A stretch of 64,000 bases of DNA. It comes from an uncultured candidatus Brocadiaceae bacterium (GTDB lineage: Bacteria; Planctomycetota; Brocadiia; SM23-32). Both the position numbers and the translations under genes were made by a program. Location: positions 1,328 through 65,327 of the forward strand of contig CAZQEQ010000006.1 in assembly GCA_964592385.1 (NCBI GenBank). The letters are read 5' to 3'. This document shows, one piece after another, positions 17,950-27,340 of this stretch. Every line of letters starts with the position of its first letter. Within the stretch, counting starts at the first letter, position 1. The notes under the pieces are model-generated. The model ran no database searches and was not told the origin of the DNA. It saw nothing but the letters and a program-made list of their open reading frames with translations.

Positions 17950-17962
17950 GGAGTGATTCCCC

Positions 17963-19084
17963 TCAACTGCCGGCGCTCTCCGCGGCGCTCCCCCGCACCA
18001 ACGCCTGCACGTCCCCGGGCCTGCGGGGAAGCGTCGTGAGCACCTCGTGTCCGTCCGCCGTTACGAGGGCCATATCCTCGATCCTGACGCCCGCCTCCCC
18101 GGGCAGGTAGATGCCCGGCTCGACCGTCACGACCATGCCCGGCAGCAGAACCGTCTCGCTGCGCGGCGCCAATCCGGGCCCCTCATGCACTGCAAGGCCG
18201 ACCCCGTGACCGATCCCGTGTCCAAAGCAGTTGCCGTATCCCGCCCTGGCAATCACGGACCGCCCGGCCGCGTCGGCCTCGCCGCACGTAGTGCCCGGTT
18301 TGAGCCTGTCGAACGCCGCTGTCTGCGCCTCGAGAACGATCTCCACGAGGGCCTCCAGCCTTGCCGGGATTCTATCCAGGCATATCATCCGTGTCAAGTC
18401 GCAGCAGTAGCCGTCGCGCCGCGCGCCCCAGTCCATCAGCAGACCCTCGCCAGCGCCGATTTCCGTCTCCCCGGCCAGCGCGTGCGGCACGCTGGCGTTC
18501 GCGCCCGCCGCGCAGGTCGTCTCGAAGGCGGCGCCGTCGGCGCCGCGCAGGCGCATCTCGTACTCGAGCCGCGCCACCGTCGCCCCCTCCGTCCAGCCGG
18601 ACTTCATGTCCCGCGCGACGGCCAGAAAGGCCGCTTCCGCCGTCCCGATGGCCGCCCTGATGAGGGCGACTTCCCCCGCGTCCTTGCGCCGGCGCATCGC
18701 CTCCGCGAGGCCCTCCCGCCGGACCGTGAGATTGAGCGCGGGCGCCGCCTCCGCCAGGGCCAGGAACTGCGCGTGGGTCAGGTTCGCCCCCGTCACCGCC
18801 AGCCGCCGCACGGCGAGCGCCCTGCAGAGCGACCCGACGGCCTGCACCATCGGCGTGTGACGGCTGACCACCTCGTCCACCTGCGCCTCGCGCTCCGCCT
18901 GCTCGACGTAGCGGGAGTCCGTGATCAGCACCGCCCGCCCGGCCGTCAGCAGCAGCGTGCTGTCCTCGCCCCTGAAGCCGCACAGGTAGCGCACGTTGTC
19001 CGCGTTGACCAGCCAGTAGGCGTCGGCGTGGAGCCGCTCCAGCCGGCGCCGAAAGGCGTCCATGCGTCCCGCGTGGTCCTCCAT
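17963..19084 (-). CDS. Xaa-Pro peptidase, M24 family
   Basis: ITDSRY creatinase-N domain; [41 protein letters not shown]. Confidence 0.92.
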   Translation of the reverse strand: MEDHAGRMDAFRRRLERLHADAYWLVNADNVRYLCGFRGEDSTLLLTAGRAVLITDSRYVEQAEREAQVDEVVSRHTPMVQAVGSLCRALAVRRLAVTGANLTHAQFLALAEAAPALNLTVRREGLAEAMRRRKDAGEVALIRAAIGTAEAAFLAVARDMKSGWTEGATVARLEYEMRLRGADGAAFETTCAAGANASVPHALAGETEIGAGEGLLMDWGARRDGYCCDLTRMICLDRIPARLEALVEIVLEAQTAAFDRLKPGTTCGEADAAGRSVIARAGYGNCFGHGIGHGVGLAVHEGPGLAPRSETVLLPGMVVTVEPGIYLPGEAGVRIEDMALVTADGHEVLTTLPRRPGDVQALVRGSAAESAGS

Positions 19085-19113
19085 CGCCGCCCTCTCCGCT
19101 TTGAGCGCCCCGG

Positions 19114-19142
19114 ATTATAGGGCTTGTCCGGGCCATTCTCAA
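19114..19142 (-). promoter_or_regulatory. Putative sigma70 promoter of the pepP-accB-accC operon
   Basis: TTGAGA-17-TATAAT on the minus strand. Confidence 0.65.
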
Positions 19143-19161
19143 ACCCAGCCGTGCGCGTTCC

Positions 19162-19190
19162 TTTACGCGCCCGGCGCCGGCCTTTAGAAT
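19162..19190 (+). promoter_or_regulatory. Putative sigma70 promoter of the DNA methyltransferase
   Basis: TTTACG-17-TAGAAT; predicted TSS at about 19197-19198. Confidence 0.5.
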
Positions 19191-19197
19191 GCGGGTC

Positions 19198-20217
19198 GTG
19201 ATAAAGTACATCGGCTCCAAGCGCGTGCTCCTGCCGATGGTTCTGCGCGCCGTCGGCGCCTTCCCCGAGGCCCGGACGGTGCTGGACCTGTTCTCGGGCA
19301 CCTCCCGCGTCGGCCACGCGCTGAAGGCCAGTGGCTGCCGCGTCCTGGCCAACGACCACAACGCTTACGCCCACGCGCTCGCCACGTGCTACGTTCAGGC
19401 CGACCGCGAGGACGTCCTGGACGAAGCGGCGGCGCTCGTGCGGGAGTTCAACCGCCTGCCCGGCGCGCCGGGCTACTTCACCGAGACGTTCTGCGTGCGC
19501 TCGCGCTTCTTCCAGCCAAAGAACGGCGAGCGCGTGGACGCCGTCCGGGACGCCATCGAGCGCAAGGGCCTCGGGCCGGAGCTCAAGGCCGTCATGCTGG
19601 TCTCCCTGATGGAGGCCGCCGACCGCGTGGACTCGACCACCGGCCTCCAGATGGCCTACCTGAAGGAATGGGCGCCGCGCTCGCACAACGACCTCGAACT
19701 GCGCGTCCCGAAGGTGCTGCCGCGCGCGCGGCACGGCAAGGGCCTCGCGTGCCGCCTGGACGCCTTCGAGGCCGCCGAGCAGCTCGGTGCCGACGTCGCC
19801 TACCTCGACCCGCCCTACAACCAGCACTCCTACCTGTCGAACTACCACGTCTGGGAGACGCTGGTCCTGTGGGACAGGCCGGAGGTTTACGGCGTCGCCT
19901 GCAAGCGCGTGGACTGCCGCACGCGCAAGAGCGCCTTCAACTCCCGCCGGACGTGCGCCGGCGCGATGGAGCGGCTCATCGGCGCGGTGCGCGCGCCCGT
20001 GCTGGTCGTCTCCTTCAGCAACGAGGGCTTCATCCCCCGCGAGGAGATGGAGGCGCTGCTGCGCCGGAGGGGCGAGGTGACGGTCCTGGAGCGAGACTAC
20101 AAGCGCTACGTCGGCGCGCAGATCGGGATCCACAACCCGCAGGGCGAGAGGGTGGGCGAGGTCAGCCACCTGCGCAACAAGGAGTACCTCTACGTCGTCG
20201 CGCCCCCGGGCCGCTGA
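19198..20217 (+). CDS. Adenine-specific DNA methyltransferase (D12 class, FokI-MTase-like)
   Basis: IKYIGSK, DLFSGT (motif I), YLDPPY (motif IV); GTG 19198, alternative ATG 19189. Confidence 0.9.
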   Translation: MIKYIGSKRVLLPMVLRAVGAFPEARTVLDLFSGTSRVGHALKASGCRVLANDHNAYAHALATCYVQADREDVLDEAAALVREFNRLPGAPGYFTETFCVRSRFFQPKNGERVDAVRDAIERKGLGPELKAVMLVSLMEAADRVDSTTGLQMAYLKEWAPRSHNDLELRVPKVLPRARHGKGLACRLDAFEAAEQLGADVAYLDPPYNQHSYLSNYHVWETLVLWDRPEVYGVACKRVDCRTRKSAFNSRRTCAGAMERLIGAVRAPVLVVSFSNEGFIPREEMEALLRRRGEVTVLERDYKRYVGAQIGIHNPQGERVGEVSHLRNKEYLYVVAPPGR

Positions 20218-20279
20218 ACTGCGCGCGGCAATCGTGGAATGCGCAGGTTTGCCTGTCGGGCGGGCCGGCGGCCGAACGG

Positions 20280-20288
20280 TGCTATAAT
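20280..20288 (+). promoter_or_regulatory. Extended -10 promoter element
   Basis: TGCTATAAT 29 bp upstream of ATG 20318. Confidence 0.5.
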
Positions 20289-20317
20289 GCGGCGGCGGTT
20301 GGGGCGCGGGAGGCAAC

Positions 20318-21865
20318 ATGGACCTGGAAGCGGAAGAGGCGGACCTGCTGCGTGAGCTGGCCCGGCGGCGCAGAGCCCCCCTGAGGATCGGCTGCCTGGT
20401 CGCGATCGGGCTGGCGGTCGTCCTCACCCTGGCGGCGGGCATCTGCGACCGGTACTGGGGGCGCAAGCTGGAAGCGAAGCTCGAGCGGCTCCGCGCGGAC
20501 GGCCAGTTACTGACCGTTGACGAGATGGTCAGCCAGCACAACTACCTCCCCGACGGAGAGAACTCCGCGCTCGCATTCCGGGACGCCCGTACGCTGGTCC
20601 AGCAGACGGACCAGGGCTACCTGGCGGGCCGCTGCCTGGAGCAGTCTCCGCTCGGGACGCTGCCGTCCGAGAGCGTTCAGGAGTGGCTCCGGGCCGACCT
20701 GGAGGCCAACGCCGAGGCCCTGCGGCTCATGCACGAGGCCGCGGGGCTCCCTCGCGGCTCTTACCCGGTGGAGCCGGCGCCCGATCCCTGGGGCTTCCGA
20801 ATGCTCGAGGTCCAAGGGTTCCGCGGAGCCGGCCAACTTTGCAGCCGGGAGGCCCTCTGGCGCGCCGTTGAGGGCGACGCCTCCGGGGCGGCCCGCTCCC
20901 TGGTGACGTGCCGTCGCCTTGCGGCGTCCATGGGGGAGCGGCCGTTCTTCATCGAGGCGCTGGTCCGGATGGCCGTGGACAGGATCATGATCGCTCAGTT
21001 GGAACGCGTTGCGGGGCTCTGCGAAATGGGGGAAGAGGAACTGGGTGCCCTCATCCAGGGACTGGACCTGGAGGAAGCGGAACTCTCGCTCGACTGGAGT
21101 ACCGTTGCCGCGAGGTCCGAGAGCGCTCGAGCCATGGCGCATCCGGATGCGCTGTCAGAGATGCGGAGTGGGAGAAGCCTGCCCCTTCTCTATGGCTGGG
21201 TGCCCGGCTGGCGGGAAAGGGACATCCTGTACTTCCACGAGGTGATGGACCGGTACAGCGAACTTGCCGGGCTTGCACCGCGCGAAAAGGCGACCAGGGG
21301 GGAAGAGGTCAGCGAGGCCCTCGATGAGGAGCTTTCGGCGTCGAAGGGGCGTCATCCATTGGCCGCCCTCGTCCTGCCCACCATGGGCGCCGCTTTCTGT
21401 GCCGAGGCGCACGTGAAGGCGCACCTGCGCGTCGCGCGGACGGCGCTTCAGGTCGAGAAGTGGCGCACGGAGCACGGACGCTGGCCCGATTCGCTCGACG
21501 AGGTTGTCCCCGGCGTCTGGGAGGCGCCGCCCGGGGACCCCTTCTCGGAGGCGCCCCTCGTGTACCGGAGGACCGACGACGGCATGGTCGTTTACAGCGT
21601 CGGGGCGGACGGCGCCGACGACGGCGGGCTGTCCGAAGAGGAAGCCCGGCGCCTCGCGGGGGATGACCTCGAAGAAGGATGGGACCTGACCTTCCGGCTG
21701 CTCGACCCGGAGCTGCGCGGCGCGCGGCAGGCCGCCTTCCGCGACGAGGTAATGCAGTCCATCGTGACCCTGGGTGATCTGAGCAAGGTCGGCCTGGACG
21801 CCGACGAACTGAAGGCCCTCGGCCTGAGCCTCGAGGACCTGGGGCAGTTGCGCCAGCGTCCGTGA
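20318..21865 (+). CDS. Uncharacterised membrane-anchored protein with C-terminal pseudopilin-like motif (paralog B)
   Basis: Aligns along its length with 12972-14570; GRWPDSLDEVVP...DPFSEAPLVY...VYSVGADGADDGG. Confidence 0.8.
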   Translation: MDLEAEEADLLRELARRRRAPLRIGCLVAIGLAVVLTLAAGICDRYWGRKLEAKLERLRADGQLLTVDEMVSQHNYLPDGENSALAFRDARTLVQQTDQGYLAGRCLEQSPLGTLPSESVQEWLRADLEANAEALRLMHEAAGLPRGSYPVEPAPDPWGFRMLEVQGFRGAGQLCSREALWRAVEGDASGAARSLVTCRRLAASMGERPFFIEALVRMAVDRIMIAQLERVAGLCEMGEEELGALIQGLDLEEAELSLDWSTVAARSESARAMAHPDALSEMRSGRSLPLLYGWVPGWRERDILYFHEVMDRYSELAGLAPREKATRGEEVSEALDEELSASKGRHPLAALVLPTMGAAFCAEAHVKAHLRVARTALQVEKWRTEHGRWPDSLDEVVPGVWEAPPGDPFSEAPLVYRRTDDGMVVYSVGADGADDGGLSEEEARRLAGDDLEEGWDLTFRLLDPELRGARQAAFRDEVMQSIVTLGDLSKVGLDADELKALGLSLEDLGQLRQRP

Positions 21866-21971
21866 CACGCGCCGTTGATATACATAGCGACGCGATCGAC
21901 GGTACGACCATCGGCGCCGAGGACCGTGAGCCAAATCATTGGACATAACCTGAGAGAGGTTCCCACGAACG

Positions 21972-24900
21972 ATGGAAGCTGCTCGCTCGACAGAAGGTCG
22001 CGAAACGCGACGTGAGGTCTGTTCCCGGCAGTCTGTCCTGGCAGCGCTCTTCGCGCCGCTGCTCTGGGCGGCCTTCGCTGCGCCGACGTGGGCAGCGGAG
22101 TATTTCGTCAACGCGGCAGGCAACGACGCGAACAGCGGCACAGGCCGCGATCTGGCCTTTCTGACCATCCAGAAGGGCATCGGCGCCCTGCAGCCCGGCG
22201 ACACCCTGACCATCGGCCCGGGGGAGTACCCCGAGAACGTGAGCGTCACCGGCCTTGGGGACTTGCGGAAGGATACGCTGATTCGGGCGGAAATCCCGGG
22301 CACAGTGCTCCTGCGCGGCGACCGGGACGCCGATCTGGACTTCCGCCAGGTTCCCGGAAAGCGGTTCGTTTATGTCGCCGACTGCGAGTGGGACGTTCTC
22401 TCCGTTATGGAAGCCGATACGCTGGAGATACTTGTGCCCGCGGCGGACCCGGTGGCGCTGGAGTTCGGGCCGGGTCGCTTCTTCCGCGACCCGCGGCTCA
22501 AGAAGCTGTATCTCTCCGCGTCGGATCTCCAGTCGCCCGACCGCCATCGCTACAGGCTCGCGGTTCGCAGGGGTCATGGTTTTGACTTCGGCGAGTGCAA
22601 ACGCGTGGTGCTCGACGGTTTGGCGGCATCAGGATTCATGACGCCGGTTGACAGGGCCGTTCTCAACTATCCGGTCAGCGCGTTCATGGTGCGCGACTGT
22701 GAGCGCTGCGCAGTCCGCCGGTGCGTCGCGTTTTTCAATCAAAGCGGCATCACAATCAACGACGCCAGGAGCGACGGCGGCAACGCGATCGAAGCCTGCC
22801 GGGCTTACGGGAACGGCGAAGGCATGGTGGGCTTCGATCCGAGCGGAGAGACCTTCCGCGACAGCGATTGCTTCCTCAACCGCGACTATGGAGCGCGCTT
22901 CTACGGAACCCGCAAAGGGGACAGACTCTGTCTGTTTTCGCGTCTCGTTTCGTGGGGCAACAGCGGCGGCGATTACTGGTTCAAAGGCAAGTATCTGTCC
23001 GACGAGGAGCAGTACGCACGGGCGGAGCAGTGCGTCGCTCTTCGGGATTGTCATATCCGCGCGCTCTCGCATTGCATCGTGGGCAGGTCCAGACGGGGCA
23101 GCTCCGATCCGGCCACGATGGATTTGCCGGACGGCCAGGAGGAGTTTTTGGAATTTGCGGATCGCGAGTTCGCCGACGCGCTGAACTTCGACTTCCGCCC
23201 TCAGGCGACCGCTGCGAGTCGCATGCCGGGCGAGGGTTACGACCATAAAGGCCCGTATCCGTACGGGGACGATATCCATTACGTCTCCCCTGAAGGGAAC
23301 GACGCCGACGACGGCCTGTCCATGACCCAGGCGTGGAAGACGCTGGACCACGCTTTCGGGAACCTGCGGTCGGGCGACACGCTCTACATCGCGGGGGGGC
23401 GTTACGGCGTCGCGACGCCCCTGGCCGTTCGGAGCGTCCGCATACGCGGGCGCGGCATGGACGCCGCGATTATCGAAGGGCCGCTCACGATGAATGCGGC
23501 CCGGGACGTCTCCTTTGAGCGGCTTCATCTGGCTGGCGCCGTCAGGATTGCCGGTGGAGGAGGGATCAGTTTTGAAGACTGCGTGTTTTCCGGCGGCGAG
23601 GTCGAGGCGCATGACGTCGAGGGATTGACCGTCACTCACGGCATGTTGACGACGCCGCTGCAACTGCGCAACTGCACGGAAGTGGATCTGAGGGGCAACC
23701 TGTACGCTTCGGCCCCGGCCGTTCGAGCCGACAGGATGAGTGCGATCCGGTATTCGTCCTACAACAGCTATCCGGAAGCGGCTGCCTGCTGGGAGGTGGC
23801 CCGCAAGGTATTCTCTTTGTCCGACCTTCGAAGATACCGGCACGACGTTTACTCGGAGGCGATCCCGCCGAAACTGGCGCATTCCGGCGGTTCCACGGTG
23901 ATCGAGAATGCGTGGGCGTTCGGCGGCCGCGGCCCGCTGGGCACGGCGGTCGGACCACACCGGGAATGGCGGCCGCTGACCATGCGCCTGGTCGGGCCGT
24001 TCGTGCACTCGGTCGGCAGCACGACGGCTTCCATCGAGTGGTGGACCACCCTCCCGGCCGAGGTCGAACTCGCCTGGGGCGAAACGCCTGAGTGCGCCAG
24101 CGAGACCCAGATCACTCAGTCATCGTTCTACACGCACAGCCTGACCGGTCTGCGGCCCGGGAAGAAGTATTACGTCAAGACCCACCCCGAGCGACTCTTT
24201 GCCGCGGCGGACCCGGCGCGCCGATACAGGTTGCCGAGCGGGGACCCGGTCGCCGTCGAGTTCACTACCGCCGCGCGGGCATCGGAACCGACGACGCGGT
24301 ATGTCTCGAACGACGGCGATGACGCAAACGACGGCTCCACCCGCGCGACCGCCTGGAGAACGATTCAACATGCCGCCGATCAGGTGCGGGCCGGCGACAC
24401 CGTGCTCATTGCCGAAGGAGAGTATCCTGGCACCGTCTATTTCCGCGCCACCGGCGAGCCCGGCCATCCGATCGCATTCAGGGCAATCCCCGGAGAAAAG
24501 GTCACCATCGACGGAATGGGAGAGAAGCTGACTGCCGGGTTCATTCTCTTCGGCAAGAGCCACTATCGTTTCGACGCGCTGTATTTCGACGGATTCGCCG
24601 GCATTCCCGACAACACGGCCGGCGCGGAATGCGGCGCGTTGCTCGTCCAAGGGGGAGCCGATCTGCAGGTCACGCGCTGCCACTTCAGCGGAGGCTGGGG
24701 GCCGGCCATCCCCGCGCGCGATTGCCCCGACATCCTCGTCAGGAATTGCGTCTTCATGCACAGCATGAGCTCGACCTCGTTCCAGCAGTGCGCCGGGCTG
24801 CGCGTCGAGAACAACGTGTTCGTCAGTCCCCTGATCCACCACGTCCGGGTCAGTGTGAGTCCGGGGGACTCGTATTCGGTGAACAGCAACATCTTCGGCG

Positions 24901-26309
24901 AGAACACGCGTGGCAAGGCGCACATCCCCTTCACGTCCGTCGGCCGGTTCCAGTCGAACAACTGCTTCTTCACCCGGTGGCCCGAGGAGGATCGGAAGCT
25001 CACCGAAGGGCCTCTCATCGGCGGTCTGACGCTGCCGGAGTACCGCATCGTGGTCGGGGAGACCGACTCGTTCGTGGCCAATCCGCAGTTCCCCGGCGAG
25101 CGGGGTTTCTGCCAGGGGTGGGGGCCCCGAATGCCAAACAAGGATTTCAACGGGTTCTTCGCCACCAACCCGACCGTGGTGAAGAGGGGGATCGGCCTCC
25201 AACCGGAGGCGTTCCGCGATTTCCATTTCTGGAAAGAGGACTGGCCGTATGACGGGGACTGGGCCGAGCAGGTCCTGACCCGGCTGGGCGCCGCCGACGC
25301 CCTGGCGCGGGCCGGCAAGGACGCGCAGGCGCTGACGGCGTACGTCCGGGTGGCGGAAGAGACGCCGATGGACGATCAGCTGAAAGCGGACGTTCTCGAA
25401 CGGGCCGCGCAATGCGCCAACCGGCTGAACGACTACGAGAAGGCCATGGAACTTGCCAGGCGCATGACCGTCCCGGAACTCTCGATACGGCGTCAGATGG
25501 CGTTCATGGCGGAGCGGGGGAAGTTCGCCGAACTGATCGAGGCATTCGCCGACCGGCCGGCCACCGGCACGCCATACCTGAACTGGCTCGTGCCGGACAC
25601 CGAAAGGCCGCTCGCCGACGCCCTGTACTACCGCGCCACCGCCTACGCGGAGACCGGCAACCTCCAAAAGGCCGAGGAGGACATGAGGACTATGGTGGAC
25701 AAGGGCAAGAAACTGGTGTACAGCCCCGGCGCCGCCATTCTGGACCTGTCGTGGAAACGCCTCGGCGACTTCTACCGCGACCGCCTGAAGGATGACGCCA
25801 GAGCCCTGGAGGCGTACGCCCACGTGATGGATCGAATGTCTGTGTTCCACGATGACCGCCCCCTGCACAAGTCGCTCCTGTCGGGCAACAGCGAGGTGTT
25901 CGCCGCCGCCACCGAAGCGGCCCAGAAGATTCTGCTGCGACAGGGTCGCGAGGATGAGGCGCGCAGGTTGAAGCTCGATCTTCTAAAGGCGCAGGCGGAG
26001 GCACTGGCCTTCCTCCGGGAACTGGATGAGGCGCTCGACAGATTCAGCCGAATGCTTTCGATTGAGGGCGTATTCACGGCGCAGCACGACGCGCACAAGG
26101 AGCACCTCCGGAAGCTCCCCGCCGCCACGCGGGAAAGGGCCCTGGCCCTCATTGCCGAGGAGACCCCATTTGCACGGGAGACGCGGGCCTTTCTGCTCGA
26201 GGCAGCCACCGGCGACGACGCCGGATACGCCGAGGTCGCCCTGCGCGCGCTGCTCGCGTTTGCTCCGGTGGGAGAAGTACAGGCCATCCTGACGAAAGTC
26301 GGAGAATAG
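21972..26309 (+). CDS. Large exported multi-beta-helix protein (three DUF1565-like starts, FN3-like domain, C-terminal TPR-like region)
   Basis: Signal peptide; three copies of the YV...GND...G...AW.TI..A...L..GDT..I..G.Y motif; SIEWWTTLPAEVELAWGET FN3-like segment. Confidence 0.8.
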   Translation: MEAARSTEGRETRREVCSRQSVLAALFAPLLWAAFAAPTWAAEYFVNAAGNDANSGTGRDLAFLTIQKGIGALQPGDTLTIGPGEYPENVSVTGLGDLRKDTLIRAEIPGTVLLRGDRDADLDFRQVPGKRFVYVADCEWDVLSVMEADTLEILVPAADPVALEFGPGRFFRDPRLKKLYLSASDLQSPDRHRYRLAVRRGHGFDFGECKRVVLDGLAASGFMTPVDRAVLNYPVSAFMVRDCERCAVRRCVAFFNQSGITINDARSDGGNAIEACRAYGNGEGMVGFDPSGETFRDSDCFLNRDYGARFYGTRKGDRLCLFSRLVSWGNSGGDYWFKGKYLSDEEQYARAEQCVALRDCHIRALSHCIVGRSRRGSSDPATMDLPDGQEEFLEFADREFADALNFDFRPQATAASRMPGEGYDHKGPYPYGDDIHYVSPEGNDADDGLSMTQAWKTLDHAFGNLRSGDTLYIAGGRYGVATPLAVRSVRIRGRGMDAAIIEGPLTMNAARDVSFERLHLAGAVRIAGGGGISFEDCVFSGGEVEAHDVEGLTVTHGMLTTPLQLRNCTEVDLRGNLYASAPAVRADRMSAIRYSSYNSYPEAAACWEVARKVFSLSDLRRYRHDVYSEAIPPKLAHSGGSTVIENAWAFGGRGPLGTAVGPHREWRPLTMRLVGPFVHSVGSTTASIEWWTTLPAEVELAWGETPECASETQITQSSFYTHSLTGLRPGKKYYVKTHPERLFAAADPARRYRLPSGDPVAVEFTTAARASEPTTRYVSNDGDDANDGSTRATAWRTIQHAADQVRAGDTVLIAEGEYPGTVYFRATGEPGHPIAFRAIPGEKVTIDGMGEKLTAGFILFGKSHYRFDALYFDGFAGIPDNTAGAECGALLVQGGADLQVTRCHFSGGWGPAIPARDCPDILVRNCVFMHSMSSTSFQQCAGLRVENNVFVSPLIHHVRVSVSPGDSYSVNSNIFGENTRGKAHIPFTSVGRFQSNNCFFTRWPEEDRKLTEGPLIGGLTLPEYRIVVGETDSFVANPQFPGERGFCQGWGPRMPNKDFNGFFATNPTVVKRGIGLQPEAFRDFHFWKEDWPYDGDWAEQVLTRLGAADALARAGKDAQALTAYVRVAEETPMDDQLKADVLERAAQCANRLNDYEKAMELARRMTVPELSIRRQMAFMAERGKFAELIEAFADRPATGTPYLNWLVPDTERPLADALYYRATAYAETGNLQKAEEDMRTMVDKGKKLVYSPGAAILDLSWKRLGDFYRDRLKDDARALEAYAHVMDRMSVFHDDRPLHKSLLSGNSEVFAAATEAAQKILLRQGREDEARRLKLDLLKAQAEALAFLRELDEALDRFSRMLSIEGVFTAQHDAHKEHLRKLPAATRERALALIAEETPFARETRAFLLEAATGDDAGYAEVALRALLAFAPVGEVQAILTKVGE

Positions 26310-26445
26310 ACGGCAAGGCTGTCCCGCGACAGGGGTCCTGGACATGCCGCAGCGGTACGGGGCGTTGATGGCGCCGCCGGCGCGCGCGTGTCGGTCCGTT
26401 GTCCTCAGTCCTTCTCCCTGTCGTTCTCCTCTGGCGTACCTCACG

Positions 26446-26542
26446 CCCGCCGTACGGCGGGTAAACCTCACGCCTCAAGCCTCCAGCCTGCCCTTCCGCC
26501 GTTCACTGTGAACTGTACACTCTCAACTCTCAACTCTCCGTT
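26446..26542. repeat. Intergenic repeat patchwork
   Basis: CCCGCCGTACGGCGGG palindrome; CCTCACG/CCTCAAG heptamers (22/24 identical to 11596-11619); TCAACTC heptamers. Confidence 0.65.
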
Positions 26543-26586
26543 CCCTCTCGCGCCTCGTGACGCGAGAAGAAAATCTCGCTCAGGTA

Positions 26587-26615
26587 TTGACAACCGCCCG
26601 CCGAGGATATACAAT
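26587..26615 (+). promoter_or_regulatory. Sigma70 promoter
   Basis: TTGACA-17-TACAAT, near consensus. Confidence 0.7.
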
Positions 26616-26739
26616 CCTGCGAGAAACAATTCTCGGTAACCGTACCAACGGCACTTTCAGCGCAGAGAACGCAGAGGACGCGGAGAGGATCGGGGGAACG
26701 AGGAAGCACGGCTAACTCGGTACGACTGGGAGGAGTGCC

Positions 26740-27081
26740 ATGTGGCGAACGACCGTTGCGCTCGCGATTGCCCTGGCGGCCCTCGCCGTCGCCTCCGGGT
26801 GCTGCGGCTGCTCCGTGTCGACGGGCTGGGGCACGCCCTACAAGGCGGACAACGTGGCGTTGATCGAGGTCGGCCGGACCACCCGCGCTGAGGTCCTGGC
26901 ACTGCTCGGCGGCGAGTACATCCAGGATAAGGACCCGGACGTCATCCGTTACGAGCAGGGATTGACGAGCGCCAAGGCCGGCTTGCTGGGCTGCCGTTGT
27001 CAGAGCGGCGTCGTATCCGGGGTCCGCGTCAGGTTCAAGGACGACGTCGTGGCCGGGTGCCGGCTGCTGGGCGCTCGGTGA
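26740..27081 (+). CDS. Small lipoprotein, SmpA/OmlA (BamE)-like
   Basis: Lipobox LAVASGC; IEVGRTTRAEVLALLG; C-terminal VRFKDDVV; GGAGG RBS. Confidence 0.65.
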   Translation: MWRTTVALAIALAALAVASGCCGCSVSTGWGTPYKADNVALIEVGRTTRAEVLALLGGEYIQDKDPDVIRYEQGLTSAKAGLLGCRCQSGVVSGVRVRFKDDVVAGCRLLGAR

Positions 27082-27126
27082 CCTGATGGTGCTCTGTAGA
27101 AAGGACGGACTCTCGGCCCCGTTTCC

Positions 27127-27197
27127 GGGTAGCGCCGGGCGTCTCGCCCGGCGTTTGCGGACCGTTGGCACCCCCGGCGAGACGCCGGGGGCTACCC
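27127..27197. repeat. REPIN-like double-hairpin element (GTAG...CTAC)
   Basis: GGGTAGC-GCCGGGCG/CGCCCGGC...CCCCCGGCG/CGCCGGGGG-CTACCC. Confidence 0.65.
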
Positions 27198-27340
27198 AGA
27201 GATTTGTGGCGAGCGTCCCGGCACGGCCCGAGGCGGGATCGAGGACGAGGATGACCCTCCTTCGCCCTGAGGGCTTCGGAGGGCAAGCGACGAGTCGCAC
27301 GACAAAATGACTCTTACCACTGTCTCCCGGGGGGAAGGAC

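Noticed and set aside
19198-21865. MTase plus downstream gene as a restriction-modification system
   Set aside because: The downstream protein is membrane-anchored, has its own promoter-like element, has a paralog elsewhere and shows no nuclease motif.
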